From positions 1-64,000 of the forward strand of contig PDIP01000105.1 of NCBI GenBank assembly GCA_002811645.1: 64,000 nucleotides of DNA, written 5' to 3'. Origin of the DNA: Corallochytrium limacisporum Hawaii (Eukaryota; Protista; Pluriformea). Positions 45,661-57,660 of the stretch are shown here, in pieces. Both the position numbers and the translations under genes were made by a program. The notes beneath the pieces were generated by a model. The model was not told the origin of the DNA. It searched no databases and saw only the letters and a program-made list of their open reading frames with translations. Within the stretch, counting starts at the first letter, position 1; each line of letters starts with the position of its first letter.

Positions 45661-48093
45661 TCAGTCATCAAAGGACTCTAAGCCACCGGGTTTGGCGTTC
45701 TCGTTGCTTTCTGTCTCTGCCTGCTCCAGTTGGGCTCGCTTGCGACGCTCTTCCTCTCTGCGGGCCTCCAGTTCGGCCTGTTCACGCTTGCGTGCTTCTT
45801 CCAGCTTGCGTCGCTTCTCCTCCACCTCTTGGCGCTCTTTCTCTGCAGGATCAACTGGTTTGGCCTGTCGTTGTTGACAAATAGATTTGTGTTAAACTCT
45901 TTCTCTGCGATTAGTCTAAAACTGTTCCCTTTGTGCATACTTTTCTCTTCAAGACGCCATTCCACGTACCTGTTCCGTGTTGCCATTTTGTTCATTGCTC
46001 TTGGATGCGTCACCCGATGCGCTCTGCTGCGCCATGTCCCGTGCCACAGCCTCAGAAGTCGAAGAAGGTTTCGGGGCCGGTGTGTCATCGTCGACATCGG
46101 AGTCCTCGCTCAGTTCGAGGCCAAGCTGCTGCGGGCGAGCCGGTGCCACTGCCTGGGGAGCAGCGGGCGGCTGGACAGCAGGCGCAGGTGCCGCAGGCAC
46201 CGCCTCCATATCGTCGTCAGAGTCCATGGCTTCTCCCTGCTGTTCGGCAGGAGCGGCTGCGCCAGGTGCCGGCGCAGTTACAGTGGAAGCGACAGGCGCA
46301 GGTTGTGCCGCCGGCTCTGCAGCAGGTGCGGGTGCAGGTGCGGCAGCTGGCTGTGCAGCACGGTCACTGATAGTGTGCGGTGTTTGGTGCTGTGGTGCGT
46401 TGCGCTGATCGTCCTCAGAGTCGCTCGAGCTGAGACCCGCCTTGCGATCACTGTCGGAGTCGTCAAGTCCGCCACTGCGCCGCTGCTGATTCCGTTGCTC
46501 GTATCCCTGGGCAGCTGGTGCAGTGCGGCGTTTCCAACTCTTGACTTCCTCCTGAAGTTTGCGCAGAGTGGCTGCGTCAAGGCTGTACAGATCGATTTCA
46601 AGCTCATCCGCGGTAGAATCCAGGTTGAGACGTTTGGAGACGATGTCCACCACTGCCTGCATTCCGTTCTCATCCATGTTGGAAATATCTGTGTGCAGCT
46701 GTGTTTTTTCTTCCTCGGTGAGATCACGGATGGGATCAGCGGCAGAACTGGAGGCGCTCTGCTCGGGCTGATATCGGGGAGTGTTTCCAGCAGAGTTGCG
46801 ACGCTGGCGCTTGGCTTCAGGCTCTTCGGCAGTGCTGCGCTGTACGGCACTCTGGCGGCGGGTGGGCTGAGAGGGCTGGCGGGTCGCCTGTGATGGACGG
46901 CGCTTGCGTGCCTGAGTGCTCTTTTTCGAAGACTGCAAACCATGGATTTGTTCCATAAAGCTCTGCTGCATCCGCTTCATCTGGTCCTCCAGGTCTTTCA
47001 TCAATTTTGTCTTCTGGCGATCCTCTTCGTCCTCTTCCTCTTCTTCCTCTACGGGCTGCTCTACCCCTCCTTCACTGGCCTTCATGGCTGCAACGTCATC
47101 CTTGCGCACGTAGTTCTTGCGGAAATCCTCGTCGTACCAATCACGTTTGACCCACATCCATTCAAATTCCTCCTGGAAGCGCATGAGCTGAGTGTGAATG
47201 GGGTTTTCCCGGGAGTTGTAGACCCGACAGTTCTCAAAAATCTGACGCATGTCGGACTCAAAGTCCAGAGGGTCCCGGTATTCGCGGTACTCAAGCTTCT
47301 CTTCAATGTCCTTTAGACATATCGGCTTCTCGACCAGTTCCCGGTAGTTCGGGACTAGATTCAGGTCCACGGGGTCAATGAAAGGCCACACGTATTCGGA
47401 GTGCTTTGGCTTCAGGAACTCCCGGACAATATTCTTCAGGCACCACTGCAGTTCGCGGGACAAGGGAGTGTTAGGCTTCGGACGATGTTTCTGCTTAACT
47501 TCTTTGCTCGGGTCAAACTGCTGCGGTTTCTTGCGCTGCCGGCTGGGTAGATCACGGGCCACGTTACCAAATGAATTGCTTCTGCTGAGAGGACCACCTC
47601 CTGCCTCTGCTGTTCCTCCCACAGGCAGAGCGGCGTTGTATCCATTCAGTGCCTGCACTTCACGGGCCGGATTCGCAGTTGACTTGGGTGCCGGAGCCTT
47701 AGCAGGCTTTGCCATGTTAATGTCGTATTCTTCTCCCGGCATGTCCTTCAACAGTTCTTCCAGTTTCTTTTGCGTGTGGTTGGCATCTTCATGTGGTTGA
47801 GTGCCCGCAGGATTGAAGCGTCGTGCATTATCGAAAATTAATTCGAGATCTTTAGTCACGTCATCTGCACGTTGGTAGCTGTAGTCCATGATTTTCTTGC
47901 GCACTGTCGCAAAGTCCATAGGATTCTTAATAAAATCATAGTACTGCGGCAAAGCCTTTGGATCCACGGGTTTCTTGAACCAGTGGGCCGGAGGGTACTT
48001 GTTCAATGCTGGCAAGACCTTGTCCTTGATAAATTTGATCTTGTTAGTGGTAATCTTTCCACTTTCAAGTTGTTCGCTTGCAGTTTCCGGCAT
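45661..48093 (-). CDS. BET-family double-bromodomain + ET protein, two exons (48093-45970, 45864-45661), about 775 aa
   Basis: BD1 (HWFKKPVD...NPMDF...NARRFN), BD2 (WPFIDPVD...NCRVYN), ET domain (LTEEEK.QL...EIDLYSL...TLRKL), Ser/Asp tract. A phase-0 intron CAG|GTACGT...ACTAAT...ACAG|GCC restores a 67-aa charged helical tail. Confidence 0.88.
45865..45969 (-). other. Predicted 105-nt spliceosomal intron
   Basis: GTACGT donor, ACTAAT/TTAAC branch candidates, CAG acceptor; A-rich, two in-frame stops, flanked by same-frame coding-like sequence. Confidence 0.75.
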
Positions 48094-51000
48094 GATTCTG
48101 TTTTGTGCTTTGTAATTTTGTAGATAATATGTGTTAACACTGTCCCGAATTATATGTTCCCGTTTCTAATTTCCGGAAGAATATACTATTGTACAAGATT
48201 AAAATAGGTTCGTGCGAACGGGTCTGATTCTTTAAAGCCCAAGACAGGGTGCCAACATTTCCTGCAGTATTGATTCTTTGAATTGTCCCGAGAAAGGGGT
48301 TCTCCTCTTGCGACGAAACGTACTTCTACGATTGCGATCAAGCAAGAGGTTCTCGAATAAAATGGAATAAAACTATTCAATTACCCGGATTCGGTGAGAT
48401 TTACCCCGAGGTTACAGAATAATTTGTGCTAAAACATTTTTCTATACGCACCAGGACCCATTTGACCTTTTATGTAGCTCTTGGTGAGATATCGCCGTGG
48501 TGATGTTCCTAATTCACAATCCAAAGACCACCGAGACAAAATTGTACCACCGTAGACCCGGCTGCTGGTGGTGGACCCCCGTCTTGCTGACCCATACACG
48601 GTAAGCCGTCGGTCGCCCTCTCACACTCTGACTCCGTACTGACACTATGGCCAGCAGCTTCCCTCTTTACTTTCCGTTTCCCAGTCGGTGCCCCACATCT
48701 CCTTACCCCCCGAAAGCTCGGTTATGTTCCCCCCCCCCCTCTTTTTCTCCGAGAGAAAGAAAGCGGAGCGGTGGTGGAGAAGACTGTGTGGCTATTTTCT
48801 CCACTGGCCAGCTGGAAGCTGGATCACCTTAACTTTGACGAGTGCCTGTACTAATACGCAAGGGGACAGTGCTTGTAGCACCCGTGGCTTCAAGTTTGGG
48901 GTTCCATTTTCCCTTTCCCAAACAGCGCGCCCTTTTTTTTTTCTGCTTTTTCTTTCTTCCTGTGAAAACCTCTCTCCCCTGTCCCCATTTTCGGCATTTT
49001 TCAGTAGTGAATATACTGCGGTTTTTCTAGGGCATGGAGTCACCAGAAGGGTTTGGGAACCTGTTGGAGATTGTTTCTGGCAGGGGTTTTGCAGTACAAT
49101 CACAATAACCAAGAAATGGGCGCGGAGATGTTGCGGGCGCGAAAAGACCCGCAAGTGTGTTTTATTCAATAGTACATTCACTATGGCTGTTCCCAAACAT
49201 GGACAATCTAGTTGGTGGTTGAGTGTCTATGTTGAAAGTGGCGCCCAACCATAGGAATGATGTGCAAACTTCATTTATCCATCTGTAGCATGTATTTGTC
49301 AGTGCGGCATATGTTGTGTGTTCAATGCATCCTCATGATCATATGTCAAACACTTTTGTTAGATGACACACTATGCACCATGAGGATTGCAGACGTCACG
49401 GAGTCATCTGTACGTGTGCCAGTTTGACTGTTCACATACACTGCTCACAAGTGGCAGGCAAGACTACTCCACGTGGTGGTTAGATGGCAAAGGAAAGTCA
49501 AAACAGTAGGTCCTACCCATACTGAAACTATGACTGGTACACCATCAAGATAACATCACTTTTGCATTCGATTGACGCACCCGCTGGGTCGGTTTGGTAA
49601 GCCGTGGCCACCCCACCAACTCCTGCAAACAGCAACAACAGTGGCCCATGCGGGTGACGGAAAGCTGAACACTGGGAAGCGGAGGACTCCCGGGTACCAT
49701 ATTCGGTACATTTAGTACTTGATTTCATAGATTTTGTTATATTCTGCCATATGCTTCTGTTTTGACTCCCAGATTCGATTTTCATTTTGATTCTTCTCTC
49801 CGTTGGTAACCGTGACGGTACCAGATGGGGGGAATGGGTCGACGGGTCTCAGCCTTTATCTGCGTAGTGGGTTCGCGCAAGGGTACTTGGTGGCTTACCA
49901 TGTCATTCTGGGTGTGCGCAAAGCCGATACACACGCAGCGGTCCCTGTTTGGGTACGAAGCTGACTCCAACGCAGGCTGTGTGAGGATTATAGACACGGA
50001 TGCGAAGGACCTGTACAAGGTAGTTGATGTGTGGTCCTGAAAGGTTGGTTCGGGGACTTGCGACCCACTTAATCCGCGAAGCACTGCATCTGATAAGCAC
50101 ACCAATTGCATGCCAAGGAACCATCACCATCATGACCATAGTGACAGAATCACGATTGGACCGGGCCAAGAGTACACAGCTCAACAGCAGCAGTACACAA
50201 AAGAAGATGAAAACCTACAGCAGCTATGATCTCAAGACAGAGAGCTATGACACGGCATTCATGGGTCGGCAATTGAGCCGTTGATCCCGAGTTTGTTCTG
50301 CTATGAGCAGTAGTGGCCTATCATCATGCGCCAACCTGTGCAGTGTTTCTGGCCTCGTCAGACGGGAAAAGGGTCTCACGACACAGATCAGAGCCCAGCG
50401 TGAAGATATTCGGGACACGCTGAAAAGGGCGGCTGCCGCGGAGCACGAGTTGGACACGCAGATGACCATGACAGTTCCAGACGAATATGAGGGGGCCAGT
50501 CTGGCCTCCGGAGGGTCCAACGGCTGGTGCGCCACAGCGGGCAGCTCGTCTAGCAACAACCTTCTGAGCTCTGAGGGCTCGTCACGGCAGAGGATGCCCA
50601 GCCCCAAAACTTCGCACCACAATCTGTTGCGGTCCACTGGATTCCGCGTTAGCATGAGCAGCACCGAGAATGGTGCCAAGCTCCCGATCCCAGGTCACAG
50701 CCCAGCTTTTCCGCAGGGCATGCGGAAGCATCCTTACCAGTCCGCGCCATATTGAGAGAGGCTACACCCACAACTAGACGAAATCATTAGAAAGCTAAAC
50801 TAGAATTTGCACCACACGTAAACAGTGATCATCCTCAGCGCAAGAGTACAAAGATATCGAACCCAGGGTCTCCGATGCGTGGACATCGGCGATGCTCGGA
50901 ATGGCAAACGATTCCCCCCTTGAGCTTCAGTTCTCCTCAGGGCGCCCCCGCCATCGGCAACTAGAATCCCGCAAACAAGAGGGCAAACCTTTCTCAAGAG

Positions 51001-53933
51001 CACACAAAATCTCTCCGCTTCTCGGGTGGTGGTACAAACTCCATGGTAAATGGCCCGCGATTCCTCCCTAATGTTGAAGGTACTCCGATTTGTATGACTC
51101 GCAACAGCTGACGAATCCTACCAACAAAGCGCACAGTCGCCTTTCCCGGGTTTGACACTTTCCGCAAAGTTCTCGCTCGATTCCTCATCATGATCAAGTC
51201 AGCAAGAATCTCACAACAGACCGCCATCATTCGTTCATCCGGTTGCCATTCGTGGCGATGTGCAGCTGGGGACGGCCGGTGCCGCAAGCTACGCTGCTCC
51301 CTAAATTGGATATCCCTTCTCCAGTATCGAGCACGCAGAGCACGCAATGCTGTTGTTCGAGGTGAAAGAGACGGAGAACAGCAGGAATGGCGGATGGGTC
51401 GCGCGATGCCGGGATCCCTTCCCGGTGACGCCTCTCGAAACCCACCCTACTCGATCGTCATTCTGGCCCGCATCGTCCGTCACAACCCTTCCCACCAACC
51501 AGTCCCTCTTAAACAATTGCGCAGGTGGTGACGACCGCGCGTTAAAGGCTGCGGAGACAGGCGTGATGGATAGAAGTCGGGTCCGGATTCCGGCGCGCCC
51601 CCAGGGGGAAGGGAGGGTGGAGGTGTAGAAGAAGGAACAGGCGAAAAACCAAACGGGGGGGCACACTACTTCCTGATCACGACCTGCCACAAACCCCCAT
51701 CCGTGGCCTTGTATGAACCGGTAATAGAACGCCTAAACAAAACAAACGTCTAAAAAAAAAAAGAAAGACAAAGGAATGCGAAAAACATTCTTCCCTGCTT
51801 TTTTCTTGAGGTCAGTAGAGTTTTCTGTGTCTGCGTCAACCGCGGTGGACAGTGTTTGACGGTGGACATCCTTATTCAGCAAACGGGGCTCTTTTCTGCC
51901 GTCGCGCATCCAAAACTGTCCTTCAACGTAGCCCTCTTGCCAAGCAAATCCCCAAGGTTCGGCCCTCTGCCTCCTAGGGGAACCAATCCATGGCTGTGCG
52001 TGTCTCGTTCCTGCGCGTTCACTGGCGACAACGAGAACAAACACCACAGCCCAGAGCCAGGCGGTATAGAATTACTACGCGGCGGACCCAGACAGATCTT
52101 CACCCCTTGACGTTTCACTTTGGCCGGGGCGAATTCACGCCTGCTGGTAGCAGTGTGGTGCGGTGGTCTTTGGTTTTCGGACGTCACTGACCGGCACACA
52201 GCCGATTTTCTTCAGTCCAGTTGCTGCGGGGACGTCTGGTGTCGCAGACGAAGATGTTTGCTGCAATGTCACTATGCGTGTCATTTTCGTTTCGAAGTGG
52301 ACCACCGAAGATGTGCTGTGTGCTACAATCATGTCGACTGCGAGAATCAAGGGGTTAGTGTGGGTGGATGTATCTCTGCATTTGGAATGGGTCTGTCTTG
52401 GCGCGGTTGGTCCTCACAAATGTCGTTGACATCATCTACTTCTACCAAGCATCGTGCTCTTGAAAGCGTGTTGATCCGTTCGGAATGTGAATTACTTCTA
52501 CTAAAACACCATGGTAGTAGATGGCCGCGATTCGTCATTGGGGATCATTTAAGATCATTAATGGCACTTTCGTCAACCGCTCACGGTGCGGGTTGACCCC
52601 TTAATCAGTGCAGGCATGAACGTTCGGTAAGCGACCCGCATCCCCACGCCTCACAAGCATTGCTCTTCGGTAAGTGCCCCATAAGGTGAAGCCATCTACG
52701 CCCACTTCTGCGTAGACTTACTGAATCGCTCGGTGATGGATGACTGCATCGTTAACCATGTACGCGCGGGCATGATAGTCACAATGATCTCTGGAAGTTG
52801 TTGCTCGACGGATGGAGTACTGACTCGCGCAGGGCACCATCAAATATTGCAATGAGTGTCAACATCTCCATGGCTAAAAGAAGCAGCTGCGCTATCTGCC
52901 ACCGACTCTGTAGATGACGGATGTGCTTCCATGTTTCCAATTGATGTGATCGTATTTAACCCACAGAGCACAATCTTCACTGCACCAAAAGGAGGCAGAG
53001 CCTCTGAAGCAGGTGTGCCCAATTTCTCAACTGCCTCACTTCTGTCGTGATGTCGTGAGGATCTCCCGCGTTTGGGTGTCGGTACTCGTGTGGGCGTTTT
53101 ATTACTCGTCTGAAGATGATCACCATGCTCTGCGTGGCAAACAGAAGAAGAACAGAAGTTGCCATTGCCATTCCTTTTCGGGCCCGCGAACGACAGCAGA
53201 GATGGCGCACCACTTCGTTCCCGGAGTTACGTCGAGCCACCACCCGCTCTCTCCCCTCCCGCGCGGGGCCTCCCCTGCACTTTCCCATACTTCCCGGCCC
53301 AGCCAATAGTGCATTCCTCTGCACATCACGCCTGCAATCTTAGAAAAAAAGGTTCCTACATCCCCGGACTCGGTTCCCGCCTCGAAAGCGGGTTTTTCTG
53401 AAAGCGGACCCCTTTTTTCTCCGTTTTGTCGGTTTTTTTTTGTGTGTTTCTCTCTCTCGCTCTCTCTCTCTCGCTCTCTCTCTTTGTTTCGCAGGTTTTG
53501 TTTGTTGCAGAGCTTCTGGACGGTGTCTCATGTCCCTCCTGCGGTGTGTGTGTTGCTCAATTCGATTTGAAGTATCTGTCTTCTGCGGGTAATGTCTCTG
53601 ATCCTACCCCCCCTGGGGGCCAAATCTTCCTCATACGCACTTTCTCTTTGCCATACTTTACACAGATCTCGTCGCTCTTATCTTTTTTGTTGTTTGCAAG
53701 AAGCTCACGTTTCTCATCACCGTCTTTCTCCTATTACTATCTTCATCCTGAGCTGCTTTGTCCAAGGCCATGATCTGGCTTCATACCCCCCTCCACATAA
53801 TGTATGTTTGCAATGACTCTGGGGTCTAGAGTTTTTACAAGACGATTCGATTACACGGTTCCTGGGCATAGACGATCTCTCATACTTTGGTTTCTTCCTG
53901 GCTCTCGATCAAGCTCTCTTATTAACCGTTCCA

Positions 53934-54451
53934 TGTGTGTGTGTGTGTGTGTGCGCAAACCACCGCCCCTCCACACGGAGAGTGCACAATTTCAACAGGA
54001 GAACGCGGTATCACCGTATCCCAGACCATGTGCGCTTATCAATAATATTATGGCGCACAGTGGTCCTACGATGCTCGCTCTTCCGAGCCTTGAGTTTACC
54101 TTCTTTCCCCGCTTCTCGCACACACACACACACACAGAGCAAAAGTGTCCTCGCTTTAGAGAGAGAAGAAAGAAGGGAGAGAGAGAGAGTGAGAGAGAGA
54201 CGAGAGCGATAGAGTCTCTACGTCACTTTTCCAATTTGACGTAAGCCCACGGGCAAAGAGAAAAAGGGAAAAAAAAAAGAAGAAGCCAGAAGGGTTCGGG
54301 TGGGGGGGGCCAGATTTTTGAGAGGCGGAGGTTGTTCCCGGGGTGACTCTGTCCGGTGCGTGTCAGGTGCGGCCCATTCTTTTGTTCTCTGGGCCGTTGG
54401 AATTGCGGTACTCAAAATACCCGAGCTGGGTAACCACCGCCTCACTCGCTG

Positions 54452-54485
<34 letters not shown>

Positions 54486-54491
54486 CCTCTC
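53934..54491. repeat. Cluster of (GT)n, (CA)n, (GA)n and (CT)n microsatellites
   Basis: Direct reading; similar tracts recur across 53.4-62.5 kb and at ~6590, ~27370 and ~35660. Confidence 0.85.
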
Positions 54492-57400
54492 TCCGTGTAC
54501 TCCAGCCACGAGCGCCGCGCTGAATTTCTTCTGCTGGAAGCTAAAGTGTTTCCAAGGATTTCTTCGTTCCTTTCCAGAGTTTCCGAAAGATTTGCGGTTT
54601 ACTCGCTATGCAAAATTGTCTGTTTGTCTCTCCGTCATACAAGCGAAAGGGAAACTTTCCGCTCCGTGTCCATTCTTGGCCTCTTCCGGTCCAACGGGAG
54701 CGATTCGGTCCGGGTGGGAATTTGAAAGGGGGACTGGACTGAGTGACAGATTAGCCACGATACGATCGCAGCGGCCCATTTTTTCCCATTCTTTCTTAAT
54801 GAAAAAAAAAAAAGAAACGAAGGAAACATCCAACGGGTTCCCATTCCTTCGACTGCTTTACTAGCGCACATGCGGATCCATAAACTTTATCTCCGAGGTG
54901 TGCATGATCAAGGAGCTGGTGGACAGCAGCCTGGCGTACTTGAGAGAGGAGAACCGGCAGATCTCTGGTGGGATTTGGTGGATGTTTCAAACGAGCGCCT
55001 GGAACAGCTGTCCGGCTCTTTTTGCAAACGGCTCCACTGGACCAAGACATTGTCAACGAAGGTGGATGTTGGACTCTTGGCACCGCGCGCACTTGACAGT
55101 TGGAAGCAGCAACTCTCTAGATGAGAAAGATTCCGGATCCAATAGTAAAGATCAAGGAAACGGGGAGAAGGTATTTGCTCCGGGCTTTTCCATTTTCTCT
55201 TGAGTTTTACCATTTTTTTAGAAAAATTGACAAGGTTGGCTGTATACATTTCCAGCTTGCTTTCTTTCGTGAGAGCTCGCCCCTCCCCCCACCCCAACTC
55301 TCCTCTCCCTGAGAATGTAGTCGCCACCCACAGATCCTTCCTCCCTGCCCCACATCTTCTTCGTTCATCCAGCAGCCTCTGGGTATCTATTGCTGGTGCG
55401 CTCACAGACATGGGTGGGATTGAATGACAGTCAGTGTTGTAATCGCGTCAAGAAGAAATACCAGGCTGCAACTATGCCCGCGCAACGTTGGCCCTTCGTA
55501 CGTCGCAGTCGGGAGCGGTTGTATTCTCCTTGGTTCGGGAAAGGCTTTGGGTTGATGATCAACAAATTCGCGCATTCGTTGTCTTCTTCGGTGTTTCTCC
55601 TTCGGTTGTCGGTGTTTATAGAAGCTGATCAATTGCGTTGCAAGCTCCAATTCCTTCTCTGTGTCGCGTCCGTCCGTACTGCATGTGTTCCATGTCTACA
55701 AATATGCATAATCGAATAAATGAAACAAGAAAAGATTTGGTCAAGGATACGTTGTTGTTACCAACTCCCCACAACACATCCATTACCTACTGTGCAGCAA
55801 CACAGAGCAGCTGTGTCAGCAGAGCGTGGCCCGTGTACCGGCGTTTTGCTATCGTGATGTATGCTTCGCAAGACACCACACCCACCTCTCCAACGCAAGC
55901 CCTCCTCTGTCCATGCACTGTGCCGTCTGTGTTCTCTGTCTCGTCATCTCTGGGGCTGCCTCGTCGCAGTGATCTCTTGACCAAGAACGCGCTCCGGTGG
56001 CTGTTTGTGTGTATGATACGAATGCAAAATTGCCCGTCCAGTGGAGTATTTCGTCGTTGTAACGGGTTTGCGTGTCATGCGTGAGCAGGTCAGTAACTGA
56101 ACCAGCTCAGCACCACAGAGATCAAAGCGGATACGTTGTTGTGATGCAAGTCCGCCACATAGTAGAGCAGTCCAACGGCAGCGCAGAGCAAGCAGTCGGG
56201 TGTGATGTTGGGATCACATCACGCAGGGACAAGGCATCTACCAAGATCCCAACCCCCTGCTAGTCAACGCTTCTCCACTCGTTCCTCTAATGATCCAGGA
56301 AAAACTGTTTGAGATGTTCATAGCATGCTCGACTTCAAGTCTTGTAGCAGGGATTGGACTCCTCTCGGTGGCGGTAGATTATAGAAACGAAAGTTGCTCG
56401 CGCATTCATAAACAGATCCTGCTAGTGAGCGGGTGAGTGCCAAAGCGAGTCGCAGAGCTTCCGTTTCTCGCCTCAACAATTCTCTCTGTCAGTTTCTATT
56501 TGCATCCGATCGGTGTGTTGCAGGCACCAGTTTGTCCCGTCCGGCTTTCCGTGACCTGCCAGGCACTCACGCCTTTGTTTTGCTGCTGTGTGGTGTCAGT
56601 GAAGTTGTCATCTACAGGTTAATGAAATTGCACGTAGGTCCCGTTGCCCTTAGTGCTCTCCTCCTCCCCCCCCCCCGGGGGTCTCCCACAGAGTTTCAAA
56701 TTTCATTTGACACCCCCACTCTAACACCGCCAGTATTTTGGACATGTGTGCCAGCCCCAGTTTTGCTTCTTTTCATTGCTTCGTTTTTGTATGGCTCTCT
56801 CCGTTCTTTACAATTTTCTTTTCGGTCCGCACCCCTCCCGCTTGCCCTCTCTCTCTCTCTCTCTTCCCTTTCCTCGTTTCGTTTTCTTTCTTTTTTTTTC
56901 CCTTTTCTTTAATACCTCGTACTCAACAACCATCACGCCTGCATTACCACTTGGTCCGTGGCACACTGTGGACAAGCGGCCTACCAAGGTACACAGATCC
57001 ATAAACGGTAGCAAGCGTTCGAACGCGTACGGTCCTCTTTCTAAGGTCCGGTGTTTTGTCTTTTCGTTTCTTGACGAGGCCCCTCGTTCCCGACGATGTT
57101 GCCATTCTTCCCTAGGGTTTTCAGTATGGAGTGTGCGTACAGTGGGTTTGTCATATCTTTCTGTGTCATAGTTTCCTGGTCGCAAGCATGAAGACCGAAA
57201 ACGGAAACATTCTGGAAGCCGGCGCAATAAAAAGAGAGACGGCAGAAAGAATAAAGCCGAGACTCACGCCTCATACCCGATATGATCATGCCATCCCCCA
57301 ATACCCTGGCTGTGCAGTATATAAACTATTGAATTTACTGCGCGTTCTGTGCTGCTCACGCCTGCGGTAAGCGAATATAGGAGAGTGCTCAGACGAGAGA

Positions 57401-57621
57401 CGTCGAGCTCAGAGTGTGTCTGTGTGTATGAGACCCAGAACGAGAAGGCGAGTATTGAGCAATACTTGCAAAACAACCGGGGAAGTAAACCGCCGGGGGA
57501 AGAGAGACAAGAGACAGAGGGAGAGTGTGTGTGTGTGTGTGTAAGCTAGGTGAATCCTCTTGTCTCTTGGGGGGTAAGTCTTACATCCTATCCTTTCAGC
57601 ATGCGCACGAATTAATAATCT

Positions 57622-57660
57622 TTGAAACTTGAGCAGCAATTGCTGCTGCTCAAGTTTCAA
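57622..57660. other. 17-bp perfect inverted repeat with 5-nt loop
   Basis: TTGAAACTTGAGCAGCA-attgc-TGCTGCTCAAGTTTCAA. Confidence 0.85.

Noticed and set aside
45730-46893. 387-aa plus-strand ORF and the 46278-46943 alternative frame
   Set aside because: Shadow frames of the GC-rich low-complexity BET tail.
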